Assembly: GCA_017513085.1 (NCBI GenBank)
Contig: JAFWDK010000008.1
Coordinates: forward strand, 1-64,000
Reading direction: 5' to 3'
Length of the DNA stretch: 64,000 nucleotides
Origin: Clostridiales bacterium
Lineage (GTDB): Bacteria > Bacillota > Clostridia > Saccharofermentanales > Saccharofermentanaceae
A model generated the notes under the pieces. It was not told the origin of the DNA and did no database searches. It saw nothing but the letters and a program-made list of their open reading frames with translations. A program made the position numbers and the translations under genes. Shown piece after piece: positions 12,390-22,700 of this stretch (positions are counted from its first letter, which is position 1; each line of letters starts with the position of its first letter).

Positions 12390-13460
12390 TTACATCTCCC
12401 CCTTATGAATCTTTACGATCTCATCCAGGATCTCTTTCTGAGTCGGCAGGTTACCACCCATACGACCATGGAAGTAGACCGGCTTCTTGCCATTAACGGC
12501 AAGGCGAACATCTTCGATCATCTGACCGGAAGAAAGCTCGACATCGAGGAAGCCCTTTACGCTCGGCATATCCGCAACGCGGGAGAATTCCTTGCTCGGG
12601 AAAGGCCACAAAGTGATCGGACGGACCATACCGACCTTGATACCCAGCTCGGCAGCCTGACGGATAACGTTCTTGCAGATACGGCTGCAAGTACCGTAAG
12701 CAGCGATCACGATCTCAGAATCGTCAAGGTTCGAGGATTCGAACATTACTTCCTTCTCCTCGATCTCACGGTATTTTTCCTGAAGTTCTCTGTTCTTAGC
12801 CTCCAGCTCATCCGGATCAATATAGATCGAAGTGATCGTGTTGTGCTTGGCACGGCCATGCATACCTGTTGTTGCCCAAGGCTTAGCTACTTCTTCAGTA
12901 TCTTCCTTCTCTTTAAAAGCAACAGGCTCCATCATCTGACCGATGGTACCATCACCGAGGATCATGCAGACCATTCTGTATTTATCAGCAAGATCAAAAG
13001 ATTTTACTGTAAGCTCATAAAGCTCCTGTACGGAAGCAGGTGCGATAACCAGATTCTTGTAGTCACCATGTCCGCCGCCCTTGGTAGCCTGGAAATAGTC
13101 ACCCTGAGACGGGAGAATACCACCGAGACCCGGACCGCCACGCATAATGTTTACGACAACAGCCGGAAGCTCAGCTCCGGCAATATAGGAAATACCTTCC
13201 TGCTTCAGAGAAATTCCCGGAGAGGAAGAAGATGTGAGAACTCTCTCTCCTGTTGCAGCAGCACCATAAACCATGTTGATTGCAGCCACTTCACTCTCTG
13301 CCTGTACAAATGTACCGCCATGCTTCACCATTTCTCTGGCCATGTAGTGCATGACTTCTGTCTGAGGTGTGATCGGGTAACCGAAATAATGACGGCAGCC
13401 GGCACGGATCGCCGCTTCAGCGATAACCTCATTACCCTTCATTAAAACTCTCTTTGCCAT
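12390..13460 (-). CDS. 2-oxoacid:ferredoxin oxidoreductase alpha subunit (3-methyl-2-oxobutanoate dehydrogenase/VOR type)
   Basis: MKGNE, GYPITPQTE, QAESEVAAINM, SSSPGISLKQE, RGGPGLG. Confidence 0.93.
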   Translation of the reverse strand: MAKRVLMKGNEVIAEAAIRAGCRHYFGYPITPQTEVMHYMAREMVKHGGTFVQAESEVAAINMVYGAAATGERVLTSSSSPGISLKQEGISYIAGAELPAVVVNIMRGGPGLGGILPSQGDYFQATKGGGHGDYKNLVIAPASVQELYELTVKSFDLADKYRMVCMILGDGTIGQMMEPVAFKEKEDTEEVAKPWATTGMHGRAKHNTITSIYIDPDELEAKNRELQEKYREIEEKEVMFESSNLDDSEIVIAAYGTCSRICKNVIRQAAELGIKVGMVRPITLWPFPSKEFSRVADMPSVKGFLDVELSSGQMIEDVRLAVNGKKPVYFHGRMGGNLPTQKEILDEIVKIHKGEM

Positions 13461-13471
13461 AACCAATCTCC

Positions 13472-13678
13472 TTACCTTTCCACCGTGATAACCGAATCAG
13501 GGCACTGTGTCGCACAGAAAGTACAACCGATGCACTGATCAGGATCTACACAGGAAGCCGGATGATAGCCCTTACTGTTCAAGCGCTCTTTGTCAAGCAC
13601 GAGGATCTTCTTAGGGCAGGCATATACACATAAGCCGCAGCCCTTACACAAATCTTCTTGAAAAGATACTTTAGCCAT
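13472..13678 (-). CDS. 2x[4Fe-4S] ferredoxin-type delta subunit
   Basis: CKGCGLCVYACP and CIGCTFCATQCP. Confidence 0.93.
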   Translation of the reverse strand: MAKVSFQEDLCKGCGLCVYACPKKILVLDKERLNSKGYHPASCVDPDQCIGCTFCATQCPDSVITVER

Positions 13679-13888
13679 ATGTCCCTCCTGATATTTTATT
13701 GCGTATTATGAATTATAGTCTTGCCCCCCTGTAAAATCAACCTCGCAAAAGGCTACGAATCTGAACGTTTTTGACTCTAGTTTCTATGTATTTTGCCATT
13801 TTTGTCAGGATCGCCTCCTTCCTTTCGGCTCTCTACGTCAAAAGCACTTCATCGGAACAGAGTTGCTTCGAATCTTTGTAGATCGTAC

Positions 13889-13938
13889 AAAAACAAAGCA
13901 GGGTTGCCTCTTCAAAAGAAGCAACCCTGTTCTTTTTT
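13889..13938. terminator. Intrinsic terminator after the PASTA-DUF4214 gene
   Basis: GCAGGGTTGC..GCAACCCTGT stem flanked by A and T runs. Confidence 0.75.
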
Positions 13939-13954
13939 CAGGTTCTGACAAGTA

Positions 13955-15622
13955 TCAGATATTTCCTCTGTCTATACCATACTTTTTACAGATGTTCGTG
14001 AACTCTTCACTCTGTCCGAAGAAAGCAAGCACGCTATCTCTTGTCTGTGTTCCCTTTGCGATCTCACCTGTCCAGTAAGCAACTTCGCCTGCTTCCGGTT
14101 CACGATCCATGAAGGTCTTATACAGTCTATTCACGAACTCGTCGTCCTTAAGTTTGAGGTTAACAAACTCCTGGCTGGTGAAGAATTCTTTTGCAGCGGA
14201 ACAACCTGTCTGTTCAAGGTTGGTAAGTGCCAAAGACCAGTACTTCAGGCCCGCCTCTTCTGCTTCTCTTCCAAGACAGCAGGTGTAAAGACGTGTAGCG
14301 AAGTTGATCGCGTTCTTAGAAGCAAACTCTGCTTTCGCTGTCGGCGCTCCGGACTTTACTCCGTATGTCGCGCAGACATTACACCATTCCTTCGAGTCGA
14401 TGAATCCCATGATGACCTGATCTCTGGTCATCGTCTTATTCTTCAGTTGACCTACCCAGAATGCCTTACCCTCTGCTTCGGAAGCACGTTCGAAGAACGT
14501 CTTATACAGTGTCTCAACGAAATCCTCATCGCCCAGGCCACGGTTCTTGAACTCAGGTGCTTCGATCAGGAAGAAGTAAGCACAATCACCACCTGTACGG
14601 TTCCCATCTTCGATCTCCTTGACCCAGAAAGCTTTTCCTTCCGGTTCAGACTCACGATTCAATGCGATCGTGTAAAGACGCTCAACGAAATCTGCGATAG
14701 AAGGTTCCTTATCCGGATCACCCGGAACAGGCGTTACCGGGGCAGGTGTTACAGGCGTCGGATCTCCTGGGGCCGGTGTAACCGGGGCAGGTGTAACAGG
14801 AGCCGGATCACCCGGGGCAGGTGTAACCGGGGCAGGTGTAACCGGTGCAGGTGTAACGGGAGTCGGATCACCTGGTGTCGGGGTCACAGGTGTTGGGGTG
14901 ACGCCCTGCTCTGCTACGCAGAAACTCACAACGAGATCCTTGTTGTTGTAAATAATCGTTTCTGCTTCCGGATCCTGCTGAACGACCGTACATGTCTTGT
15001 CCGGATCTACGTTGTGGACCCATGTGATACTGAATCTGATTTCATGGGTATAACCACCTGCACGGAGTTTATCCTCTACTTCTTTTTGGGCCTCTTCATA
15101 CCGCATACCCACTACATCCGGCATCTTCACACAAGCCATTGTCGGCGTCGGAACATCGGTAGGTTCTGACGGCGTCGGGGTGATCCCCTGCTCAGCCACA
15201 TAAAGAGTAAAGGTATGTCTTTCGTTTCCCAATACCCACTTACCGGCTTCCGGGTCCTGGCTTTTGACCTTACATGTCAATTCAGGATCATTATTATGTA
15301 CCCAACAGATTCTAATTTCGAGATCAGCTGTAAACCCTTCTTCTTTAAACTTTTCCCTGATCTCCTGCTCGGCATCATGGTAATTCTTACCGACCACATC
15401 AGGCATCTTCACACCAAACATTGTCGGCGTAGGAGCAGACAGTTGTTCATTGTCAGCAGATTCTTCCCGAAAAGATTCCTCAATTACATACGAATTCGAA
15501 GCCGTATCCAGGCACTGTTCCTCATCAGCCTGAACACTTGGCCGGTATACAATACTCGGAATCAAAGCCAAAGTCGTAGCTAACGACAAAAAGGCTGCAA
15601 ATAGTCGTTTTCCTCTTTTCAT
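13955..15622 (-). CDS. Secreted protein: two PASTA-like repeats, Pro/Thr linker, C-terminal DUF4214 repeat module
   Basis: Signal peptide MKRGKRLFAAFLSLATTLALIP after GGAGG; twice VKMPDVVG..DPEA; FVERLYTIALNR..YW..F..S.EF repeats. Confidence 0.82.
   Translation of the reverse strand: MKRGKRLFAAFLSLATTLALIPSIVYRPSVQADEEQCLDTASNSYVIEESFREESADNEQLSAPTPTMFGVKMPDVVGKNYHDAEQEIREKFKEEGFTADLEIRICWVHNNDPELTCKVKSQDPEAGKWVLGNERHTFTLYVAEQGITPTPSEPTDVPTPTMACVKMPDVVGMRYEEAQKEVEDKLRAGGYTHEIRFSITWVHNVDPDKTCTVVQQDPEAETIIYNNKDLVVSFCVAEQGVTPTPVTPTPGDPTPVTPAPVTPAPVTPAPGDPAPVTPAPVTPAPGDPTPVTPAPVTPVPGDPDKEPSIADFVERLYTIALNRESEPEGKAFWVKEIEDGNRTGGDCAYFFLIEAPEFKNRGLGDEDFVETLYKTFFERASEAEGKAFWVGQLKNKTMTRDQVIMGFIDSKEWCNVCATYGVKSGAPTAKAEFASKNAINFATRLYTCCLGREAEEAGLKYWSLALTNLEQTGCSAAKEFFTSQEFVNLKLKDDEFVNRLYKTFMDREPEAGEVAYWTGEIAKGTQTRDSVLAFFGQSEEFTNICKKYGIDRGNI
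14712..14900 (-). repeat. Degenerate 15-nt tandem repeats encoding a PVTPA/PGDP linker
   Basis: Repeated GGTGTAACCGGGGCA units. Confidence 0.85.
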
Positions 15623-15747
15623 TTTTTCCTCCTTCTTACAAGAACCTGAAAATGCATCATACATTCTTAGGCAACCTCACAAATTCTTTGTATATTATAA
15701 AAAAATATGATGGTGCTGACAATAATGATACTACAATGACTTCTAGC

Positions 15748-15796
15748 AAAAAAAGACCCGCTTCCAACGAAATACAATCGTCGAAAACGGGTCTTA
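15748..15796 (-). terminator. Probable terminator after mscL
   Basis: AAAAAAAGACCCG...CGGGTCTT. Confidence 0.65.
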
Positions 15797-15813
15797 TTAA
15801 TCAAATTAAATAA

Positions 15814-16236
15814 TCAAGCTTTTTCTTTCTTCAAAAGATCGCGGATCTCGGTAAGGAGCTCGATATCCTTTGGTGTCTCCTCTTCCTTTTCCTCTTCCTT
15901 CTTGGCAAGCTTTTCTTTAGCCTTATTCATAATACGAATAACAATAAAGATGCAGAATGCAATGATTATGAATTGAATAACCGCATTAATGAGAACGCCA
16001 TAGCCGATAGCTACTTCCTCTTTCACAACTTCACCCACAAGATTCGTTTCCGCTTCCTTAAGAACATACTTCATGTTTGCGAAATCCACGCCGGAAGTCA
16101 AAACACCAATGCAAGGCATAATGATGTTGTCCACAAGAGCAGTTACAATCTTACCGAAAGCGGCACCGATAACTACAGCAGTAGCCAAATCGATTACGTT
16201 TCCTCTCAACAGAAATGCTTTAAAATCTTTCCACAT
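15814..16236 (-). CDS. mscL: Large-conductance mechanosensitive channel
   Basis: FKAFLLRGNVIDLATAVVIGAAFGKIV, LLTEIRDLL. Confidence 0.97.
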   Translation of the reverse strand: MWKDFKAFLLRGNVIDLATAVVIGAAFGKIVTALVDNIIMPCIGVLTSGVDFANMKYVLKEAETNLVGEVVKEEVAIGYGVLINAVIQFIIIAFCIFIVIRIMNKAKEKLAKKEEEKEEETPKDIELLTEIRDLLKKEKA

Positions 16237-16300
16237 AAACAAACCCTCCGTTCAATTGTTTCTAACTGTGATTATAACAAACCCTAAGAAAAATGAAGCA

Positions 16301-16687
16301 TCACTTCTTATCTTTTTTTTTCTTTTTTTTGTTCTTTTTTTCTTTCTCTTCTTTCTTGGCCTTATTCTTCTTCTTCACGACGACCGTTTCAGAAGCTAAA
16401 GTATCATTCACTTTTTCCGGAGCATTTTGAATCGTCTTCAGTTCATCGATCAAAGATTCGATCGTGTCACTATCTATACTATAAAAGCACTCACGTCCGA
16501 TCCGGTTTGCTTTGACGATCTTCTTTTCAACTAATACACGCATGTGGTAGGACAATGTCGGCTGCGAGATCTCCACATGAGCCAGAATATCTTTTGCTCT
16601 AAGGCTTTTTGCATCCGCAAGCGAATGTAATATCTGCATTCTGGTGCAATCGCCTATAACGGCAAAATATTCACTAAAATCCACCAT
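16301..16687 (-). CDS. ArsR/SmtB-family transcriptional regulator with poly-Lys tail
   Basis: GDCTRMQIL, ISQPTLSYHMRVL, R.GRECFYS. Confidence 0.88.
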   Translation of the reverse strand: MVDFSEYFAVIGDCTRMQILHSLADAKSLRAKDILAHVEISQPTLSYHMRVLVEKKIVKANRIGRECFYSIDSDTIESLIDELKTIQNAPEKVNDTLASETVVVKKKNKAKKEEKEKKNKKKKKKDKK

Positions 16688-16702
16688 ATGTCCCCCTTCG
16701 GA

Positions 16703-17335
16703 TCACGCAATCAATTGTCCTTTCAAAGCCTCTTCAAAATCAGACAAATTTGCACAAGCAACAACTTCCGTATTATCTTCCAACAGAATATCCTCATCAG
16801 CCTTCACCAGCATCGTCATCGGTACACCAAGCTTACGAAGCAGCAAAAGCTGATACTCTTTACTTGGCTGATTAGCCAGATACTTGCTGAGCATGCGAAG
16901 GACCTGCTTGGCATCTTCCAGATAAATACCGGACAGACGCATCAGATGGTCAATAACATAGACGCCGAAAACATCATCGAACATCATGTTCTTCTTTTCC
17001 GGGAAGCAGGAAGAAAAAACAGTCATAGCAATCTTGGAAACAAGGTTGAGATTGACAAAATCTGCAATCGGAATACAGAAACTCTTTACATTCGGAGAGA
17101 AGATCTCCTGGAGCTGTTCAACAGTGAGTTCGCCCTTAAGATCCTGGATCCTCTCAATACGAGCCAGAACACGGTCTCTTGGAAGGAACGTCTCCTGTCC
17201 GGTCGCCGTAGCCTTATGAATGAACCAGCTTTCCGGAATCAATTTCATTCTTTTCCAGCGATAAAGTGTTCCATAAGAAATACGTGCCGCCCGCAAGAGT
17301 TGCTTCTTAGAAATCAATTCTTCATTTTCAAACAT
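16703..17335 (-). CDS. YhbD/DUF4004 family MerR-like HTH protein
   Basis: LISKKQLL..ISYGTLYRWKRMKLIPESWFIHKATATGQETFLPR. Confidence 0.85.
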   Translation of the reverse strand: MFENEELISKKQLLRAARISYGTLYRWKRMKLIPESWFIHKATATGQETFLPRDRVLARIERIQDLKGELTVEQLQEIFSPNVKSFCIPIADFVNLNLVSKIAMTVFSSCFPEKKNMMFDDVFGVYVIDHLMRLSGIYLEDAKQVLRMLSKYLANQPSKEYQLLLLRKLGVPMTMLVKADEDILLEDNTEVVACANLSDFEEALKGQLIA

Positions 17336-17411
17336 GGCTTTTTCACCTCACAAAAGAATAGCTGCGGACATCTCCTATAGAAACATCCACAGCTATCATT
17401 TTAAAGAGACA

Positions 17412-17442
17412 ATGTTACAACTTCTAAACAGTCATGTAGCAA
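17412..17442 (-). promoter_or_regulatory. Putative promoter with 19-bp spacer and overlapping dyad, upstream of the YhbD-like gene
   Basis: TTGCTA-19nt-TAACAT; inverted TGTTACA/TGTAGCA. Confidence 0.45.
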
Positions 17443-17490
17443 TTCCGTTCCCTTTTGAATTCAGGCGGAAAAACAGGCATGTAAGAAGTA

Positions 17491-18324
17491 TTAAAGACCG
17501 AAAGCGTCGTAAAGCTCGTCAATAAATCCGTTATAATCGCCTTCCAGAATTGCTTCAAACGCAGGTCTGATGAGGAAGTACAACAGAATGCAGACTGCAA
17601 GGGCCACGATGATGCCGATGATCTTCCAGATCAAAACGGCACGGGAAAGATTCTTGCGGCTCTGCTTCTTGCCGGAAACAGAGAAAATAATGGAACTGAT
17701 CAAGCCAACGACCGGAATAGCAAAAAGGAACAGTAACCAGAAAGCACCACCGGTAGAAAGCGGCTTGGACTCTGTGACCGGCTCTCCGTAGACCTTGTCC
17801 TTCTTCTTTCCTTTCTTCTCTTCAACCGGTGCAGCGGCCGGCTGGGCAAATGTATTCGGTGTCAGAGGTGCCGGCACCGGAATTGGCGCAACGCCTGCCG
17901 ATGATGTCTGCGCACTTGGAGCCGGCTGTTGGAATGCCGGAGCCGGAGAAGGGATCGGATTTTGAACAGGACTCGGAATGATCGGCTGATCGACCGGCTG
18001 TGAAGCAAAAGCAGCAACCGGAGCAACTTCCGGAACAGCTTCACTTACTGTCTCGCTTACTGTTTCTACAACTTCTTCTTTTTTCTTCGGTATAGCAATG
18101 GGGGCACCCGGATCAAAAGATGCACTCGGAAGATCATCTACTTCCTGGTTCAACGTTTCAACCGCAGCTTCTGCTTTCTCTTCAATTACCTCCGGCGCCG
18201 ACTGTGCTTCCGTTACCGCATCCGAAACAGCTCCCTGCACTGCTTCAGCAACCACGCTGGCACCACATGACGGACAAAACTTTACGCCATCCGGCAATGA
18301 AGATTCACATTTTGGACAAATCAT
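17491..18324 (-). CDS. Zinc-ribbon membrane protein (N-terminal Zn ribbon, Pro/Ala linker, two C-terminal TMs)
   Basis: MICPKCE..FCPSCG after GGGAGG. Confidence 0.8.
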   Translation of the reverse strand: MICPKCESSLPDGVKFCPSCGASVVAEAVQGAVSDAVTEAQSAPEVIEEKAEAAVETLNQEVDDLPSASFDPGAPIAIPKKKEEVVETVSETVSEAVPEVAPVAAFASQPVDQPIIPSPVQNPIPSPAPAFQQPAPSAQTSSAGVAPIPVPAPLTPNTFAQPAAAPVEEKKGKKKDKVYGEPVTESKPLSTGGAFWLLFLFAIPVVGLISSIIFSVSGKKQSRKNLSRAVLIWKIIGIIVALAVCILLYFLIRPAFEAILEGDYNGFIDELYDAFGL

Positions 18325-18431
18325 ATTCGTACCCTCCCCAAAAAATCTATGAATTGACTTGTTTAACAAGACTCGATTTATTATATCATGTTTAGAGATT
18401 TATTTAACAATTTTTATTGAAAGGAAAAAAT

Positions 18432-19778
18432 ATGCAGAACGACTTATCCTCCGGCAAACCATCATCTGTGCTCTGGCGCTTCTGTCTTCCTCTTTTTGCC
18501 AGCATGCTTTTTCAGCAGATGTACAGCATAGCAGATAGCCTGATTGCCGGCGGACTGATCGGAGAAGATGCTTTGGCTGCAGTCGGAAACAGTTATGAGA
18601 TCACATTCATCTATCTGGCCTTTGCTTTTGGCGCCAACATCGGCTGTTCCGTAATCGTTTCCAGGTTATTCGGTGCCGGACGCCATGAACAGATGAAGAC
18701 GGCCGTCTATACTTCTATTCTTCTGGTCATCGTAATGTGTGTGTTTCTCATGTCTATGGGTTTTATCGGGAACTCCGTTCTTCTCCAACTGATTCGCACA
18801 CCGAAAGACATCTTCGCGGACTCCCGGAATTATCTTCTGATCTATACGGCAAGTCTTCCCTTCATGTTTTTCTATAATTTGTCCACCGGCATTTTCTCGG
18901 GGATCGGAGATTCCCGCACGCCCTTTCTCTTTCTCGCCATATCCTCAACGGCAAACGTGATCCTGGACTACGTATTTGTGAAATTCCTGCACCTCGGTGT
19001 CCCCGGGATAGCTTGGGCAACCTTGATCTGTCAGGGGATAAGTTGCATCTTATCCATGACCGTCGTATTTCATACACTCCAAAGGATCAAATGCGAGCAT
19101 AAACCAGCGCTTTTCTCGGCGCCCCTTCTTAAACAGATCCTGGCCATCGCCATACCGAGCATATTCCAGCAGAGCTTCATTTCAGTCGGCAACATTATTC
19201 TGCAGCGCATCATCAACGCATTCGGAACCGCTGTCATGGCCGGCTATTCCGCATCGATCAAGCTCAACAACCTTATGGTCTCTTCTTTTACTACCCTTGG
19301 AAATGGTATTTCAAACTACACCTCGCAGAATATCGGTGCCCAAAAACCGGAACGCATCCCGGAAGGACACCGCGTCGGCATACACCTGGAATGGCTGCTC
19401 TGCCTGCCGTTCTTGCTTTTGTATCTGGTCTTCGGGAAATATCTTCTCCTGCCTTTCATGGAAAACCCGACCGGAGAAGCCATCCGGACAGGCATTATGT
19501 TTCTTCGGATCGTGTCACCGTTTTATTTCGTCGCCGAAATCAAGCTTGTATCCGATGGCGTTTTGCGCGGTTCCAATCACCTGAAAGAATTCATGATCGC
19601 CACATTTACAGACCTGATCCTTCGCGTCGTGCTTTCCTTCGCGCTCTCGAAAACAAACCTCGGCGCTAACGGAATCTGGTGCTCATGGCCGATCGGATGG
19701 ACCGTCGGAACGATCCTCTCCTACTTCTTCTACAAAAGCACTGTCAAAAAACTTATGTCTTCTCCTCAGAAGGAATGA
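18432..19778 (+). CDS. MATE family efflux transporter
   Basis: FQQMYSIADSLIAG, GDSRTP, NVILD, SQNIGA; about 12 TMs. Confidence 0.93.
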   Translation: MQNDLSSGKPSSVLWRFCLPLFASMLFQQMYSIADSLIAGGLIGEDALAAVGNSYEITFIYLAFAFGANIGCSVIVSRLFGAGRHEQMKTAVYTSILLVIVMCVFLMSMGFIGNSVLLQLIRTPKDIFADSRNYLLIYTASLPFMFFYNLSTGIFSGIGDSRTPFLFLAISSTANVILDYVFVKFLHLGVPGIAWATLICQGISCILSMTVVFHTLQRIKCEHKPALFSAPLLKQILAIAIPSIFQQSFISVGNIILQRIINAFGTAVMAGYSASIKLNNLMVSSFTTLGNGISNYTSQNIGAQKPERIPEGHRVGIHLEWLLCLPFLLLYLVFGKYLLLPFMENPTGEAIRTGIMFLRIVSPFYFVAEIKLVSDGVLRGSNHLKEFMIATFTDLILRVVLSFALSKTNLGANGIWCSWPIGWTVGTILSYFFYKSTVKKLMSSPQKE

Positions 19779-22700
19779 TCGCTATACAGATCTGTCCGGC
19801 CTGAAGAGTATACCTTCTTTCATTCAGACGCAGAATATTACCGGTCGATGCCAACCCGATGCTCTTGCAATTCGCAGAATAGCGGAAGACCTCAATGTCA
19901 CGCACCGGCACATCCGCCTCAATCAGGAACTGCTGTTGTTCAGGAGTCGGATTCACAACGATCAGATAAGTATTTCCATTGGAAGTAAAAGCATAAGAAA
20001 GCAGCTCCACCTGATATCCTTCTTCATTCGTCTTAGAAAGCGGCACAGTCCAATTGGTGTCCACACGATATCCTTTCGAGATCGAATGCAGCACGCCGAC
20101 AGTATGGATCGCTGTCTCCATATTCGCAGATGTCGTATATCTGTTTTGCAGTCTGTCATCATCTCTCGCAAAGAAGAAGTCTTCATCCGCATCTCCGTCC
20201 AGCCGGCTGACAGGAAGATCGACCGTCACAAATGCTGTATGCTCTCCCAGGTCTTCAAGCATGCATCTGGCAATATTCGCAGCAGTCAAAGGCTGTTCGA
20301 CCGTGATCACTTCATTGTCATACACCTGACGCGTAATGATCGAAACGGAAAGGTCGGATACCCACTCACCTTTTGTTTCCTGAATATATGACGCCGGAAT
20401 CCTGGGAATAGCGTCCTGATAATCCTGATACTGGGAATCCAGAAGCGAAGAAAGATCTCCGTTTTGGATCTCCTTATTGGCAGCATCGTTAGAAATATGT
20501 AAGGTTGAAGCATGGTAATCCGCCTGAGAATTCATGGTTCCACCTACATACTGCATACCATCGATCAGAACGATCTTATCTTTTATATCTACATAGTATT
20601 TCGAATTTCGGATCAGCGAGATCACATAATCCACATAAGAACCCCGCTCCATATCCGTCTCAAAAAGCCCGTTACTGTCCGTCACTTCAATCAGGATACG
20701 GTCAAACTGTCTCGCCCACGGGACCGCGGTTCCATTATCCACACGGACTTTACCGTACGGTTCCGTGATGCTTCCGCAAAGATAACTCAGAAGAACATCT
20801 GAATCTTCTTTACTGAAAGCGGAATCGATCACTAACCAGGGATTCGCGTTGACTTGTTTTACAAGACGGAGCGTCGACTCCAGCGAGATCACGCCGGTAC
20901 CGGAAACCCCATGTTCTCCAACGATGTTCAGTCTTTCATTTCCGTTCAGGAGAAGATTGGACTGAATAGTACTGCCGAGTTTACCAAATCCGAGATTATC
21001 CAACCGGATATACTCCGGCTGGTTATTTTCCAAAAGCTTAACCAGCTGAGGTTCGATCTCCGAATCGGAAAAACCTTCTCTTTCCAGACGGACACCGTCG
21101 CAGTAGAGTTCGCCGGAACCATAAAAACCGATATTCAAACGTATCTGTGACTCTTCCGACGGAACATATCCGGAAGGCCATGCAAATGTAAAACTATATT
21201 CTCTCCAACTGCTGCTCACCTCAGTAAAAGTCGAGCCGATCGATTCCGAAAGTCCCGAAAGCCATACCATGACGCGGCCACCGGTCAGATTACCTTGCTT
21301 CAGCCATAAACGCACATGATAAAATGCCTTATCCTTCATCGGGCTGACTTCATCACGGGAAATTACTTGAGAGACAAAATGTGCTTTTTCCACATCAGGA
21401 TTGGAAGAAAAAAGATGCAGAGAACGCTCGCCGGTTGTTTTCGGCGCATTCTGCGCATTCTGGACCACCGAATCCTCACCGAAAACCTCCCAGGCACTCA
21501 TGCCCTCCTGATTCATGGAAGGAACCGCTACGGTAAGGTAACAAACATCGCCGTTTTGAATCAACGCATCGCCGATTTCACGATCGATCGTCACTTTGGT
21601 AAACAGCGACGATGTATAAAGCGTACCTTTTCTGACAAAAAGCAGGTTCTCGTCGGAAGTAATGCCCATCGCCGAGATCTCACTATTACGCTCGTCATTC
21701 AATCTTTCCCACTTGTTCTCCACAAACGAGTAAGAATAAATATATCCGCCGAAAGTCAGCATCCAAACATCTCCATTTGAAAAACAGACAAGCTGCTTCG
21801 GTGAATAGTTTTTCTCGAGGGAATCCGTATATCTTGTAAAAGACCACTTCTGCGCCTCTTCATCAAAGGAACCGATCGCCATCTGTCCCTTTGCGTCCAA
21901 AAGCGTGATCTTTCCGTTATCAAAAGAAGAAAGGATCCAGGAATCTTCACTCTCGCATGAAAGTTCATCCTGACCCAGAGCCCGGAAAACCGTTCCATTG
22001 GACGTCGTCAGCACGGTTCCATTCTCCGCGCACAGCAGAGCTCTTTTTCCGTCACTGACCGCCGTGGAAAAAGAACTCTCCTCACCTGTTTTCGGCTCGA
22101 TGACCCGATTTCCTTCATGCACAAGTACTTTTCCTTGGCCGCCACACGCAATGACAGTCTGCCCGATCACCGTGAGAGCACGAATATCTGTATCTTCATT
22201 CGGCTCCGCATTGCCACCCAGCTCACTCCACAACCGGCCTCCGGACGAAGAAAAGAAACGTCCGTGTCTGGTCACCGCATAATCTCTTTTGCCGAAGCTG
22301 AACGAATCCACAAAAGGATCATTCTCATCCGGAGATTCGATGGCAAATTGCGTGGAAGTATGAATATACGTGATCATATCGCCATTCGCCATGATCGCCG
22401 CAGAATACTCATCATTACTGCAGATCTTCTTAACTTCCTCAGCGCGGCTGATCTCGCTCTCCATCGGCTTCCAAATGCCTAACTGGTTTTTGGAATAATC
22501 CACGACACCGGCATCCAGGATCTGATTCATCCGTCCATCCTCATCATAAGCCATAATGCGGAGTTTTCCGCTCTTGTGATAAGACTGCAGGATTTTCTCG
22601 ATCTTCGAGGAGGAGTGATGAAGAAAAACCGAATTTCCCTCCGCCTCTGCCACGCTGAACACATCCTCGACATAGTTATTTTCAAAAGAAGCATCCCAAA

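Noticed and set aside
11252-13445. Long antisense ORFs (414 and 346 aa)
   Set aside because: Shadows of codon-biased oxidoreductase genes
19753-19778. 26-bp convergent overlap between MATE and the large ORF
   Set aside because: Short 3' overlaps are common; no further signal
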